A DNA stretch of 60,913 nucleotides from IMG/VR virus record IMGVR_UViG_3300025706_000005; one strand, written 5' to 3'. Below the pieces are notes generated by a model that saw only the letters and a program-made list of their open reading frames with translations, did not search any database and was not told the origin of the DNA. Source of the DNA: a virus. The translations under genes were made by a program, and so were the position numbers. Below, one piece after another: positions 60,416 to 60,913 of this stretch (positions are counted from its first letter, which is position 1; each line of letters opens with the position of its first letter).

Positions 60416-60892
60416 TTATTTGCCATGTCTTTTATGGTGACATTCTGAACACAAGCAAACAACAATTTCTTGGTTTTTTATAGTATAGCTATCATGATGA
60501 TATTCGTGCCTTTTATCTTTGCCTCTATGTCCGCAATCAACACAAGACACGCTGTTTGGATTTGCAATAATACCTATTTCAACAAGGTGATTAATCCTAT
60601 GCCTTGCCTGTTTTTTGTCGCCACCTCTCGGAACTGAATATCTGCACCCTTTCTTAGACTTTCTTATTTTACGAACATATGACTCTTGATATAATTTCTT
60701 CCTGAACAATGCGCACACAGAAGACAGCCCATCGTATCTTGACTTGTCTTTTGTAAACAATTCTTTCTTGTGCCATTCCTTGCACGCGCTACACCATTTT
60801 AATCCGCTATTTCTATTGTCGAGATATTGAATTAGGCTTACGCCTGTTTTCCTTGCTGCAACCAATAACGCGCCATATTCTGTTTGCGACAT
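60416..60892 (-). CDS. HNH endonuclease, 158 aa
   Basis: CVDCGHRGKDKRHEYHHDSYTIKNQEIVVCLCSECHHKRH (CxxC ... H-N-type core ... CxxCH). AT-rich relative to its neighbours. Its start lies in the terminal overlap. Confidence 0.75.
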   Translation of the reverse strand: MSQTEYGALLVAARKTGVSLIQYLDNRNSGLKWCSACKEWHKKELFTKDKSRYDGLSSVCALFRKKLYQESYVRKIRKSKKGCRYSVPRGGDKKQARHRINHLVEIGIIANPNSVSCVDCGHRGKDKRHEYHHDSYTIKNQEIVVCLCSECHHKRHGK

Positions 60893-60913
60893 ACCTGTAA
60901 TATAGTGTTATAA
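60787..60913. repeat. Terminal overlap, copy 2 (identical to 1..127)
   Basis: Exact 127-nt identity with the first 127 bases. Confidence 0.95.

Noticed and set aside
1-60913. Searched by eye for CRISPR arrays, a diversity-generating retroelement (reverse transcriptase plus template/variable repeat near the fibre genes), an integrase with att site, and toxin-antitoxin pairs.
   Set aside because: No regularly spaced repeats, no reverse-transcriptase or recombinase motifs, and no duplicated fibre-gene segment were seen. The only repeats are the short ones reported above.

Overview
The window is a complete, circularly closed dsDNA phage genome of about 60,786 bp. Bases 1-127 recur exactly at 60787-60913, an assembly-style overlap. 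Every convincing gene is on the minus strand, and the long plus-strand ORFs are antisense shadows.

In transcription order (high to low coordinates, wrapping at the junction):
- 60892-57320: an accessory stretch. It holds an HNH endonuclease with its own near-consensus promoter, a Gp37/Gp68 (DUF5131)-like protein, a visibly AT-rich island of tiny genes behind a palindromic operator-like site, an MmcB-like nuclease and a HAD phosphatase.
- 57262-14446: the late operon. It encodes terS, terL, portal, acidic protein, scaffold, major capsid, adaptor-like and nozzle-like proteins, fibre, beta-helix tailspike, LamG-like protein, internal (ejection) proteins and a two-gene lysis-like cassette. It is closed by a strong intrinsic terminator.
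- 14281-144: the early/middle operon. It encodes a RecB/Cas4-like exonuclease, a Redbeta/RecT-like annealase, SSB, a DUF4373-type replication organiser, a second MmcB-like nuclease, a VRR-NUC-like nuclease, many small ORFans and one tRNA.

The stand-out is one uninterrupted 15,030-nt ORF (5,009 aa, about a quarter of the genome) in the internal-virion-protein position. It strings together:
- a GGDEF-like nucleotide cyclase domain
- two ART-like domains
- three ParB/Srx-like DGHxR domains
- an HExxxH motif
- hydrophobic N- and C-terminal segments

These modules are separated by a recurring [FM]-S-[LIVM]-[AG]-P-type linker motif that looks like a processing site.

I recognise no DNA or RNA polymerase, primase, helicase, integrase, repressor or prohead protease. 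All calls come from reading motifs in the supplied translations and the DNA. No database search or structure prediction was run, so family names are hypotheses.
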